From the NCBI GenBank assembly GCA_029717555.1, contig JAMDHS010000054.1:1-64000 (forward strand): 64,000 nucleotides of DNA. The letters run 5' to 3'. Shown in pieces: positions 35,071 to 47,324 of the stretch. This stretch comes from Peribolospora baueri (lineage: Eukaryota). The translations under genes and the position numbers were made by a program. How positions within the stretch are numbered: the first letter of the stretch is position 1; the number at the start of each line of letters is the position of its first letter. The notes under the pieces were generated by a model. It saw only the letters and a list, made by a program, of their open reading frames with translations. It was not told the DNA's origin and searched no databases.

Positions 35071-37291
35071 TCACGGTAGAGATTTCGCCACAGCTGGATA
35101 AGCCTGCGTGGGCGTCGCTTCTCCGTCCATCTGACTCTTGTTCTCGGCGGCGGCATCAGAAGTTTTGAGTGCCGTGACGGTAGGGTGTTGACCGAGCGGG
35201 CTCTTCGCGTAAGAAGGAGAGTCCGGCCTCGAGGGAGGACGAGAAGATGGCCTAGAGGGCGGTTGGGACGATGTGGTGGCGGCGTGGCCATTTATGGAGG
35301 GGACGGGGACAGAGAAAGAGCCGGAGAGCGAGGTGGATGATTGGGCTCGGTAAGGTTGCGGACAGTCGTACGGGCTGCCCGGGCGAGAGGATCAGGAATC
35401 AAAGAAATGAGCGAGTACAGAGTCGACGTCGGCTAAATTCCCACTGAATGAAATTTGGGGCGGGACAAGCGAAGACAAGAATCGGGCTCACATCTCCTTA
35501 AACAGCACGCTAACGCTCTCCCCGAAATGACTCCTCCGAATCGTTTCCGCCAAAACGTGGGAGATGTCAATCTGGTCGATTTTGGGGCATTTCTCGATGT
35601 TTACTTTCTGTGGGATCGTGTTAGTCACGACGAGCGTTTCGAGCTTGCTGTTGTTGATGCGGTCCAATGCCGGTCCGCTGAGAATACCATGGGTGACCAT
35701 GCCCACTACGCGCTCTGCTCCGCTCTCCGCGAGACGCTGGGCGGCGAGGTCGAGGGTGCCGCACGTGTCGGCCATGTCATCAATCAGGATAGCCACTTTG
35801 CCGCGCACGTCGCCCACGAGCACCATCCGGGACACTTCGTTGGCCTTCTTGCGTTCCTTGTGGAAGAGAGCAAATTCCAGGTTTAGCCGATCTGCCACGG
35901 ACGTCGCCCTGCGAAACGAAGTGGAGAGCGATGGGGGTAATGTGAGAAGGAAATCATCTCGCAAAAAAAGGGGAAGCGGTGAAGGAGCGTCCGCTCACCT
36001 TTTAGCACCGCCAGCGTCGGGTGACACGATGACAGCCTTTTTGATGTCGATCATTTCGCGAATGTACTGGAGCATCGCTGGTTCGGCGTAGAGCTGTGAT
36101 TGGGAAGAGGGCTGCGTGAGTGAGGCTCCGCGCGGGAAGGGCTAAATGGAAGACTGGAGCCGACTCACGCTGTAAGAGAGAAGACAAACGCGTAATGATG
36201 GCGCAAAAAGATGAGGCCGAGCATGAGCTGGAGAACATATCTCAGATCACGGAACGGGCAAAGCCAGCGCTCACTTGTCCACGGGCACGTCGAAAAAGCC
36301 TTGAATCTGACTGGCGTGCAAGTCCATGGTCTGCGCGAGAGGTTGAACAGTCGGAAAGAACCAGTTAAACGCAAGCTCGAAGGAAACATGAAAGGGTAAG
36401 CTGGTGAACGACAATGTACTCACGATGACATGATCGCATCCGGCCTTCTGCAGTAAGTTGGCCACGAGCTTGGCCGTAATGGGTGCCCTGCTCTTGTCCT
36501 TCTTATCCTGCCTCGCGTAAGGAAAGTGGGGGATGACGGCGGTAATTCGTCGGGCGGATGCGACCTTGCAAGCGTGGATCATGATCAGCAGCTCCATGAG
36601 CGCCGTGTTAACCGATCCGCAGCCCGTGTTGATGATGTATACGTCGTCCTCGCGCACGGACTCTGCGATCCGCACTTCCGTCTCTCCTGCTTCATTGCGG
36701 GAGACGTCTGCTAGGGCGAGGGGAAGACCGAGGCTACGAGTCCGGAGAGGGGGGTGGGGTTCAGAGACGAGACAGGTCGCAATGGTGGTCAGATGAATGC
36801 CTCAAACTGCTTGAGCTTCATAGTCTGCTCCTTCTCTCCCGCTCGTGTACGATCACTCTGCTGAAGAAGGTAACCCTCTTCGTCCCTTCGTCCCCTTTGC
36901 CTTCTGTCCTCGCCGCGACAGTCTGTCCATCTCCAAGCGAACTCGTCCCACACGGTGACTCAAAACCAAAAAAAAACCAAAAACCTTGCCAACTCACCGC
37001 TTCGCAATGAGGTGCGCCAGTTCCGGGTGGCTCGTGCCTGAGTGGGAGAGCGGGAAGGGGATGTGCGGAGAAGGGGGTTAGTCCGCAGGTCAGGTCAGGT
37101 CAGGTCAGGTCGGGTTGGAAAGACAGGGTGTGCTATCTCCCCTGTCCACGCCTCCAAGAGCGTTCCCCTCTCGAGCCAATTTCATTCGTCCCACTTATCT
37201 ACTCGCTGCGCACACGCAACACGAGGCGAAGGCGAGGCGAAGAACGCATGCACGCACCGGAAAATAGCTTGACGCCTTTCATAGAATTCAT
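35071..37291 (-). CDS. Ribose-phosphate pyrophosphokinase (PRS family)
   Basis: [58 protein letters not shown]; last exon (35374-35071) inferred. Confidence 0.92.
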
Positions 37292-38074
37292 GCTCGGCAA
37301 GCAAGCCTGGAATTCTGCTGTCGCTTATCGAGGCGAGGGAAAGAAAGGAAAGGGAGTGGAAATGCGACTTGGGACGGCGGAGGGCAGACGAGATGGGATG
37401 TGATAGGAGGGTGCGTGTGGAGAGGGCCGAGGCGGGGCGGGTTGGAGAAGCTGGAAACGAGCCGCAGAGGGCGGAGTGGGCGGGATGAAGGAGTGGAGGA
37501 GTGGGAACGTTTGTCTTATCTTTCCTTGTCCAAGACGAGCCGACGCAGCAAAGTCAAGTCAAGGGAAGGAGGAGCGAAGGAGGGGCTGAAGGAAGAGCGG
37601 TCACCCCGACGACGACGATTCGAACCAGATTCGATTTCCTCTTTTTTTTTGGCCTGAACATTTTGGCCGTTGCGTGCGAGTGGCGGATCCAACCGGATCG
37701 AGCCGACGCGGCGGTTCGACAGCGCTGCGGCTCAGGCGCAAGAAGGAACGCGGCGGGGGCGTGGGAATGTCGGCTACCTGGGGCGGCGCCGGCGCGGACA
37801 CAGATAGAAAGAAGATGGGGAAAAGAACGACGAGCGACGACGCACACGACCGTGTATGTCATCCTGTCATATCAGGGATGGATGCCTCAAACGTCACGCC
37901 GATACGCTCTCCCCTCCCTCCTCTCGAGCAGATCACAAGTGGACTGCTCCAGGGCTTGTAGTCATCGATCACATACAGGCAGCAAGACGGAAGGAAGACT
38001 AGAAGCAAAGAGCGAAGGAGAGAGAGCGAGATAGGCAGGTACCAGCGGCCTCGCGCCGTCGACCCTCTCTTCCT

Positions 38075-39389
38075 TCACAGAGCGCAAAGCCCGACAGTGG
38101 AGACCGCCGTCGCGGCCAAGACGGCGTAGCCGGAGGCATAGGCGCCCTTCAGATTCAGGACTGGGTAGCGAGGGTTAGGGTTAGAGGAAAAGAAGGTGCG
38201 AGCGAGAAAGACAGGCATACGTTGACGTCAGTACATGGTCAGCGTCGAATGAATAATGGCTTGACGAGCATGCCTTGGCAAAGACTCGTCTGGCGGCAAG
38301 GCAGAGATCACCAACTCACAGGATCCAGTATCCCAAAGCAAGTGCCTAATGCCGTTCAAGCTGTGGAAGCTGAACGCAGCCGCGATGGGGACCTTGAGGG
38401 CGAGCTTGAGCGCGTAGGGCATGTGCGCGATGGTGTCGACGATGTGGGCACTGTCAAAAGGAACGCCGAGCATGGGAAGGAAGAGGTAGGACATCCCACC
38501 GGCGTAGAGGCCTGCAAGGCGGGGGTGAGGGAAGGAAACGAATAAGAATTGAGTTCGCTTGACCAACTCAGCGTCTTTGCCCAATCGTTCCAACCGCTGA
38601 AGGTATTATCAACTCTCATTCTCTCTGAACCCGACGCTCTCCATCTCCGTCTGCAGTACCACCGCTAGTACCGTTCACGATCGCAGTCGCCGGTACAACT
38701 TCTCGCCATCCCCAATTTCATCGATCCTTTACGCCCGAACACACACTCACCAGCGCTCATACCGACACCGGTCACCCTGTGGGCGATGGACGCGACCCAA
38801 GTCAGCTGGGGTTGGTAGATGGTGAAGTGAGGCGAGGTGGGTCGGACGGAGCGCTGGGCGTTAAGGAGACGGAGGTTCTCGTCTTCTGAGAACGGGGTGG
38901 TCGAGACGGGGCTTCAAGAGGATAGCATAGGGAAGGGGAGGAGGATAAATTGGGAGGGAAAGGGGATATGAGCGAAGTGCGATCGAGAATGAAACGGGTC
39001 AGGCTAGCACCCTTGTAGCTCGCCCTTCTTTGCCAGCAACTCACCGAGCAAGAGCAGGAGCGACCCTCGCAAGTGCCCGAGAGCGGTCTATATGGTTCGC
39101 GGCGTAGAGAAAGAGAACAAGGCGGAAGATGAGTGAGTGAAGATGAGCGTGGACTGGTCGACGTCTTGGCCTTGACGATGCGACGTCATCGTTCCTTCGG
39201 TGGATTCCATCCACGCAAAACTCCCAGCTTCATCAAAGCACGCGCAAGCCTGAGGACTACGCTGCTCCTCCACTGTTCCCATCCCGTTGCATGGACGAGA
39301 CACCGGAGAGCAGGCACAGGGGAAGACGACTCACGAGCTCCCACAGCGTTCGCGAGCACGCGCATCTGAAGCTGGCGAGTGGATTGCAT
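38075..39389 (-). CDS. SDH3: Succinate dehydrogenase cytochrome b560 subunit
   Basis: RPTSPHFTIYQPQLTWVASIAHRVTG; FSFHSLNGIRHLLWD; Arg-rich presequence. Confidence 0.92.
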
Positions 39390-40198
39390 CTTTTTCGAGT
39401 CTGTCTTCCTGCTTTCTGTTCCTCTTCTTCTCGCTTCCTCTGCCGAGGAGTCAGGTGCGACTGCGAATGAACGGGAGGGACGAGGCAGGAAAAGAAGGGG
39501 AAGGGAAGGATAGGCGAGGTGGGGGTGGGCGGTGGGGTGGAAGAATGTGTGATGGACTCGAGCTGGTTGGTCCGACGAAGCGGGGTGCGGTGCTCCTCCT
39601 GCCGGTCCCTCCGTTCCCTCGGCTCTCTCCGGGTGGGTGAGCGCTTTCGGTTGGCTGGCTGGTCATGTCCGCTTACGTCCGCGCTACGTCGGAATGGATG
39701 AGCCGCTCGTCGTCGACTGGCGATCGGCTCGAGCACAAGGAATCGCTTCCACTCCAACTCGAACCGGTCCCTCTTCTTGCCTCGTCATTGAGCGAGCGGT
39801 AACCGGCGTCTGCTCGAGCGCACTCGCCTCCTGGTGGAGCATTGAGAGACCATTGAGACGCGAGACTGCGAGACTGCTACTCCTCCAACGCCGAGCCAGT
39901 TTCCCCACGCGCTGATCGGCCAGGACGGAGCGGAACGAAGTCGGCGTCGACATCGACCTTACTATCGCCGTCGAGAGCCAAGCGCCATCCGCAAGCCCAA
40001 CCATTGACGCGGCCCTGTTTACTACATAGCTCATACTCTACGATAAGGCCTATCCGGTGTGCGCGTCGTATAAGCACACCGCCTTTGCGCTCGCATCCAT
40101 CCTATCTTCTCGGCTCATAACCGTATACGCACGTACACCCTCCGTCGTCTCCTCTTCGTCCAAGGATTACCCAGGCACGCAGACGCTGGCAGTTCGAG

Positions 40199-43100
40199 AT
40201 GCCGTCCGACAGGCCCCCATCCATGTTCACCAATCCTCCCGGCGGCTCCTTGCCGAAGGATGCCGCCACCCGAGTCCCTACGGCGGACACGCCAGACATG
40301 GCGTCCTACCTCTCCTCCCGCTCCGCGCTCATCGGCTCAGACAACGCTCAGCGTTTCGACAGCGCCAAGCTGGCCAACCTCACTCCGCTCGAGAGGCAGG
40401 CGGAGAGTATCGTGAGGGCGATTAGAAAGAGGGAAGAGGAGGAGGTTTGGAACGCCGACGAATCCACTTTTCCCGGTATGAAGTTCCTCCTCGGCAAACG
40501 CATTGCTGAGCGGACGGCATTGTACGATATCGTAAAGAAGGTGTGTGTGGCCTCGTTATGGGCTCGTGTTTGTTCTGCTGGATGAGGAGACCGCTTGAAT
40601 TCGTGGTCATCGCTCATGCTCGCTCCCGTGCCTTCACTCCACATAAACCTCGGAATGGGTGCTGCCTCCTAACATTTTACATTTCTCTCGCTTTTCGAAC
40701 GCATGTCTACTGTGTCTCTCCTTGTAGATGCCCAAAGGGGCCCTGCTTCACTGCCACATGGACGCGACGTACGTGGACTGGCTGACTCGAGCGCGACGCT
40801 CATTTTCTTGTGGCATTCACCCGTGTGCTATATTTCCTTGACGTCGTCCTCGTTCTCATTCGTGTCCCTGCCTTCTCCATCTCCCTACGCGATGTAGCGC
40901 CGAAGTATCCTATCTGATCTCGGAAGCGATGAGCACCCCGAACATCGGGTTCTCCTCTCCTCTTCCTCTCACATCCGCAGCCAACATCGCCTCCGTCGTA
41001 CCGTCCTTCAAAGCCTTGCCTCCTCAAGATCCCCTCTTCTCCGCTGCACTATCCAACGAAGGTCTTCCTCCAGAGTGCCGCGTCTATTCTTCCGACTACG
41101 TTCCCAACACCTGGCTCCCCGTTTCGTATGCTCGGGAGAACTTCCCCAACGGCGGTCCTCACGCCTTTGATGCGTGGATCCACTCTCTCATGACTTTCAC
41201 GGCGGACGAAGCCTACACGACCTTCCGCAACCACAAGGATGCGTGGCGCAAGTTCCATAGCACTTTCGGCATTGCCAGAGGCCTCTTGGGCTATGAGCTC
41301 ATTCTCAAAAAGTATATCAGGCGCGTGTTCGAGGATTGCGTGAGCGACGGCATCGGGTGGGTGGAGACGAGGATAAACTTTCTCGACTGGGTAAGTGAGC
41401 AAGCCTTGCAGCTCTGTTCGGCCCGGCTTCGTTCAGTAGTAGGAAGTAGAGACATGCAGGCGAAATGTCTTACCTGGTCAAAATCACCACACCGTAACTT
41501 CGTCCCGTCCCCCACCCCGCAAAGACGATGATTCGGAGGGATGGCACGGACACTTTCTCTCACAGGGATTGGATGCAGACCTACCAGGAAGCCCTCTCCG
41601 AGTTCAAGGCCGACTTGGCCGCCAAGGGACAAGGTGACCGCTTCTGGGGCGCGAAGGTGAGCGATCCAAAATCGGGTCTTGACGCCATCCTGGTTGAGCG
41701 TGGCACAGGGGACGGCGGCACGGTTACTCGCCTCTTTGTGTCGCGTCATCGTTTGGTGATCGTTTCGCCGCTCTCCCTCGTTCGTCGGCATTCCTGCATT
41801 CCTTTCACTCCAAGGTCATCTACACGACGATCCGGATAATCACCAACGAAGAGCTGCGAGAGTACATGGAAGACTGTATCAACCTTAAGGAGGAGTTCCC
41901 TGACCTCATCGGAGGTTCGTGATCTTTGTTCGATCGCGAGAAGGAGCTCGTTCACTGTGGAAGCTCGAGCTGAAGCAGCTGATGTCTGACTTGACCGATT
42001 TGGCTCGAACAGGATTTGATCTCGTAGGCTACGAAGATCCCGGCATCACCCTAAAGGTGTGATCCGCTTTCCTTTCTCTCGCAGCCTCTAGGAGACTTTC
42101 ATCGCTCACTTGACCATTCCTTGCTTTAGGACTACCTTCCCTCCCTCCTCTGGTTCCAAGCTCGCCAGAAGGAGCGGGGCGTGCATGTGCCCTTCATCTT
42201 CCACGCTGGGGAGACGCTCGGCGATGGGACTCCCGCGGATCACAACGTGAGTGAGAGATTCATATCCACGACCGCTTCCGAGCTCATCCCTTTCATTCTA
42301 CACACTCCGGCGCTGCGGCCTGTTCGCACCCGATGCACCGCGGACTCCAGTTATTCGACGCCCTATTGCTCGGCACAAAGCGCATCGGACACGGGTAAGT
42401 CTTGACGAAGCAGTATGGCTTATTGATCGATTCATTTACCTCGCATTCGCCTTTCCGGTGCCTTCTCACAGCTATTCCCTCGCCAGACATCCTGTCTTGA
42501 TGCAAGAGGTCAAGGATCGTGGCGTGCTGATCGAAGTGTGCCCCATTTCGAACGAGCTCCTGGTGAGAACACGAAGGAGATGACGCGGACTCAACTCTTC
42601 CCGATCACTCATCGCCCACATGCCCACTCGCTCGCATGGTCCCTCTTCTGCGTCTCCCCTTTGCCAGCACTATGCCCCCTCGATAAGCTCTCACCCGCTC
42701 CTCATCCTCCTGAACCATGGCGTACCCGTCAGTCTCTCATCCGATGATCCCGGCATCTTCGGAAACCCGGGCGTCAGCTATGATTTTTTCCAGGTGAGCC
42801 AGCAGGCTGCCCAAGGCTGCGATCGATGCGTTCGTCCACTAGTTTTGTCTTGATCTTACGAACCGCCGCCTTTTGACGCCCTCACTCCGTCCCCTTTAGC
42901 TCATCGCCACGAGCGAGCAAACCGGCATCATCTCGTGCGGCGTTCTCGCCCGTCAAAGCATTGAGGCGAGTTTGACATCCCCGTTCTCATCACATCTGAT
43001 CGACGCTTCCGTTTCCCGCTCGCCTGGCTCAATGGGAGAGTGGGCAACGTGCTGAAAGCGACCCCGTGTGGCACATTTCCACCCGATTCTTCCAGTTCTC

Positions 43101-43209
43101 CGAGATGAGCGCCAAAGACAAGGCGGATAACTTGGCCATCTGGGACAGGCACTGGACCGAGTTTTGTTCTTGGACCGTGAAGACGTACGGAAAGGAGATT
43201 TGCAACTAG
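40199..43209 (+). CDS. Adenosine deaminase, ADGF/ADA2 (CECR1) type
   Basis: [60 protein letters not shown]; spliced frame intact, last intron GC-AG. Confidence 0.88.
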
Positions 43210-43372
43210 GTCCAAGATTTTCGCGACTGAGCCCCTTCGCGACTCGTCGTCTTTTTGTTTCGTTCTCGCGGACGCTTTGCGACGTCAGTCTATGTATTCC
43301 GGGCGAGTCATCGCCGTGTGAGGGGCCTACATGTCCACCCAAAGCTACGTAGGTGTGCTCCTTTCGAGCGTA

Positions 43373-44446
43373 CTACGATCGAGGAGTCTTGTCGAGCATG
43401 GAACTGAGGCCCAAAAAGTCGTCGCCTACTTCACCGCCGAAGAGTCCGCCGCCCACACTTGGCGGCGGGCCAGCAGATGCGCTCTCGGCAGGCGGCGGCG
43501 ACGTCCGTTCGCCCATAGCGGCGGCAGTTGCGCCGAGCGCGTACAGCTTCCCGCGAGAGAAGGGGATGGCAGTGGGAGACTGCTTCGGAGCGCCGCCCGC
43601 TTGGATTTGCAGCTGCTGCACGCTCGACGATGCGAGTGCGGCTCCGTCGACGGCCTTGGCCCAAGTGTTGAGCTGTTCCTTCTCCTTGAGGAAGCCTCGC
43701 TCGATCTCCCCGCGCTTCCACACCGCGCCGTAGGCAGTCGCTTCTAGCTGTGCGGCGCGAAGGGAGGTTTCATATTCGGAGCGGAGGGCGTAGAAATGAG
43801 AGAGGGCATAGTGGTAGGCGTGCCCGAGGGAGAGGCTGTGGTGCTCATGAAGCGAGAGGGCAAAGGCGATGACGCTATATACGCAGCAAACAAAAGACAA
43901 AACCATGATAAGGACGGCAGAGGCCACAAGGTGTCAGCCAGAGTTTTGAGAAGGGAGCGCAGAAAGGGCGGTGGCTGGGAAGAAAAGCGCAACTTACTCC
44001 TCTGCGTTCGGCTTCCTCGTCCTTTGCCTGAGCTCGGTCCATCCCTTTCCAACAAGGCCCCTTTTCTCCCACTCCTCGTCTCTGACCGTCGCACCCTCAA
44101 TGAGGTTCTTCTCCCGATACGCTTCCCATGGGTGATCGCGGAAGAACTGCCTACGAAGCTTGTCCTCCGGATACACGATCGGTTGTGGACGTGGCCTGGC
44201 CGAGCGAAGGTTCTTCTCGGAGAAGCCACGTCGACGGGAGAAGAGAGAGGCAGGGTCTTTGGAGAAAGAGGACGAGGAGGAGGAAGGGAGGTCGAAAGCC
44301 GGACGCTCCGCGGTGCTTCGGGGAGGGGGAGGCACAGGAGGGTTGCGGACGACGACCTCATACCAGGCCGGCGGCGATTTGAGATAGCCGCCTCGCAAGA
44401 GGCGCGAGGCGGCTTGAGAGACTTGGAGGGCAATACGGCGAGGCAT
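43373..44446 (-). CDS. RSM25: Mitochondrial ribosomal protein mS23
   Basis: MPRRIALQV..LLRGGYLKSPPAWYE; IVYPEDKLRRQFFRDHPWE; AYHYALSHFYALR. Confidence 0.85.
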
Positions 44447-45019
44447 GACAAGGATGTGTCGCCAGTCAGGTGCCGCCCAGACGGAAGAGAGGCAGAGGGA
44501 ACAGGCAAGGCGTGGTTTTGTTTGTTGGACGATCTGGACGTCGTCCGGCAGAGAGGGTCGGGCGAGACTTGGTGGAAGAAGGGTGCTGCGGTACCGTGTC
44601 GGGTTGAGAGTTAATGCAGTATGGATAATCCATTTCAAATTTCAAATGCTCGACGTCGATGGACGACGTCAAGACGATGGATGGCGAAGATGCCGCGGTG
44701 TTGGTCATGAGCTGGGCACAATTGCGACTTTATGCAAAGGACCGGACACTGTCAGAGAGGTGGTCGCTCAGCCGGGGTGTGTTGCTGAGCCCAAAGGATT
44801 TGGGGCTTCTCATCTGAGCTGAACACATGCTGTGTGATTTACCGACCCCTTCACTACTCGCACGTTGCGCACTAACTGCTGGTAAACAGACAGAGGGCGT
44901 ATTTATATAGAGGGGGAAGGCGGCCATACGACAGACACCACTGCCGTCGCGTCCGCTCGCACACAGCCCATTCGCGCATCACAACCCTGCCATTGCCAAA
45001 CGTCTACCGTCGCCATGGT

Positions 45020-45914
45020 ATGCCCAATGAGTCCCTAGCCAAGGCGACCTTGCAAGCACTGGACAAGCACCTCGACGCGTCGGACCGAGAGCGGTTCACA
45101 ATCATCGAGGAGACGCTGAACAGGCTCCCTGAAGACACCAGGTTCGACTGCATCGTCAGCCCCGCCAACTCGTACGCCCTGCTGGACGGCGGCTTCGACC
45201 ATGCTATCTCTATGCAGTTTGCACCCAGGGTGAGCGAGCGAGCGGCTGAGCGTGCCTTTGATCTTGCAGAAGCGACTTAAGGGACAAGAGAAAGAGAAGA
45301 CGGATGGACTACTGACCCCGAGGGGTCTTCTCGCCGCCCTCTCGTCCCGACAGGACGACTATCATGCGCTCACGCGAGCCTCTCAAAAAGCCTTCTATGA
45401 GCGCTGGAAAGGCTACGCCCCGCCGGGAACCTGCACGTCGTCTCTATTCCCCCACCGCTCCGACCCGTGAACCGGTTGGGGTGCGGGTGGGTCGCCTTCT
45501 GCCCGACAATGAGAACGCCGAAAGACACGCGGTGGAACAGGAGATCGTTTATGACTGTGTCTGGTCTCTGTTGGACGAGCTGTGGGTTCGTAATCAAGAG
45601 ACGAAGGGAGAGGAGAGGATCGGCAAGGTGCTGATGCCCGGATTGGGCACGGGCGCCGGGAAGAGTGAGTACCGCGCGCGCTCCGACATTATCACCCCTC
45701 CCGTCCTCGGCCCGTTTGACCCAGAGGCCAGCGCGGGCGACCCTCGTCCTTTTCCTTGTCCTGTCCAGTCTCGCCACTCTGCTTCGCCCACCAGTTCGCC
45801 CTGGCAGTGAAGCACTTTTCCGCGTCGCTCGCCAATCCGGAGCGGTGGAGCGCGCTGGGGTGGGCGGACGTGATGGGGGAAACGGATGCGGTGGAGGAGA
45901 CGCACACTGTTTGA
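45020..45914 (+). pseudogene. Macro-domain (Appr-1''-p processing-like) gene with two frameshifts; pseudogene or assembly error
   Basis: FDCIVSPANSYALLDGGFD, GYAPPGTCT, CPTMRTP and VLMPGLGTGAG; exon-2 motifs fall in three frames, shifts at ~45437 and ~45540; start uncertain. Confidence 0.7.
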
Positions 45915-46084
45915 TGGCAGACACGACCGCTCGCGGACAGATGAACAGGGAAGTCGTTGTGTGTGTGGTATGGGCTTGGCTCGCATGCCGGGCCATCATC
46001 GATTGCTGCCGTGGGCGTGCCAAGGTCGTCCGTCCAGGTCAGCGCTGCTATAATTTTGCTTAGCCACAAGCAGAGTCCGTAATA

Positions 46085-46939
46085 CAGTCAAACTAGTCTG
46101 TTAGCATACGGGTCCCTAGGTATGCCTTCGCATAGTGCATAGCGATCTCCCTTTCCCGCTTGTCCCCAGCCAAAAATTGACTAATCCCAGCCAAAACACT
46201 GGTCTATATGCATAACAAACATACCCGCATATTGCAAGACACCGGTGCCGTCCTTACCAGGTATGCACCCTCGGCATGCATAGTTAGGGTTGAGGGTCAC
46301 GTGCATCCTCGTGCTGTTGGAGATTGGCGGCGACGAGCACCGTGGTTACGCGGCTGAAAGCGGACATGACTGTGTAGGCAAAGGTGTTACTGCGGTTTTC
46401 CTCTTTGTATGCTCTCTTAACAATAACGAACAAGTAACATACACTTTCGTCCATCCACCGCCAGTTCTAACATTACTACACGTGAGTGCTTGTCCGCGTT
46501 TCACCATCTCTTTCAAAGAACATGTCAACGAGCAGCGTAAACAAACCGATCTTCGACAGTTCTTTTCTGCACACCGCTTCTTCTTGAACATGGTTGTGTT
46601 ATGACGTGTACATACTCTATAGTAAAGCTTGGAATTCATGTCTTGATGGACGCTATCGACTGTGGCAACGACTGCGGCAACTTTGCATAGACCCCGCCCT
46701 GTACAAGTCAGGTTTTGCTGATGCTGATGCTAGTTTTCAAATTAAGATTTTAGATAGAAAACGAACTAATGGTAATAAAAGGCTAATATATTATTATTAG
46801 ATATTTATTAAAAGACATACTATGTAGTAAATAAAGAAGGAATTAACACATTTTAGTTTATTCCTTTTTTACAAACCCTCCACCATACTGCATAGCCCTC
46901 GGGCTATACAACTTGTATGCCTATAGACAAGTTTGACTG
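46085..46939. mobile_element. Non-autonomous Tc1/mariner-superfamily (pogo-like) DNA transposon, 855 bp
   Basis: TA|CAGTCAAACTAGTCTGTTAGCATAC ... GTATGCCTATAGACAAGTTTGACTG|TA: imperfect ~25-bp TIRs (21/25) with TA on both sides; no transposase ORF. Confidence 0.8.
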
Positions 46940-47324
46940 TAAGTAGTTCGGTACTAAAAGCGGCGTGGAACTTCCCACATAGCTGTGTAGTTACACCCGG
47001 TCCATCGGCGCCGCCCGCCGATGTTGGCTGGTCCGTCGGCGCTCGGAGCCAAGCCCAGGACGGTCGTCAGAGTGCGGCTGCAAGTGGACTGACTGCAAGC
47101 CAACCGGAGTGCTGTGTATATTCGCCGCCTCGACCTCTTCTTCCTCCCCTCTGTCTCACCCATCCAACTTACATACCTTACATACCTTCTCAAAGCTCGT
47201 CCTGGTGGCGTGGCAATGTGACTCGCTGGTCGAAGTTGCATACACCTCTAATACCCCCCCTTGCACAACCTCTCGCACCCTTCTCCTCACCCGTTCGCCC
47301 TCGATTACTCACCCTGACGCCCCC

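Noticed and set aside
34965..35291. Separate 108-aa gene
   Set aside because: Alternative frame of the inferred last PRS exon and 3' UTR
39088..39334. snoRNA in SDH3 intron 1
   Set aside because: TGATGA is present on the coding strand, but I see no downstream CTGA box or terminal stem
45430..45545. Programmed frameshifting or insertional RNA editing as the cause of the frame breaks
   Set aside because: No slippery motifs or shared context; decay or assembly error is simpler
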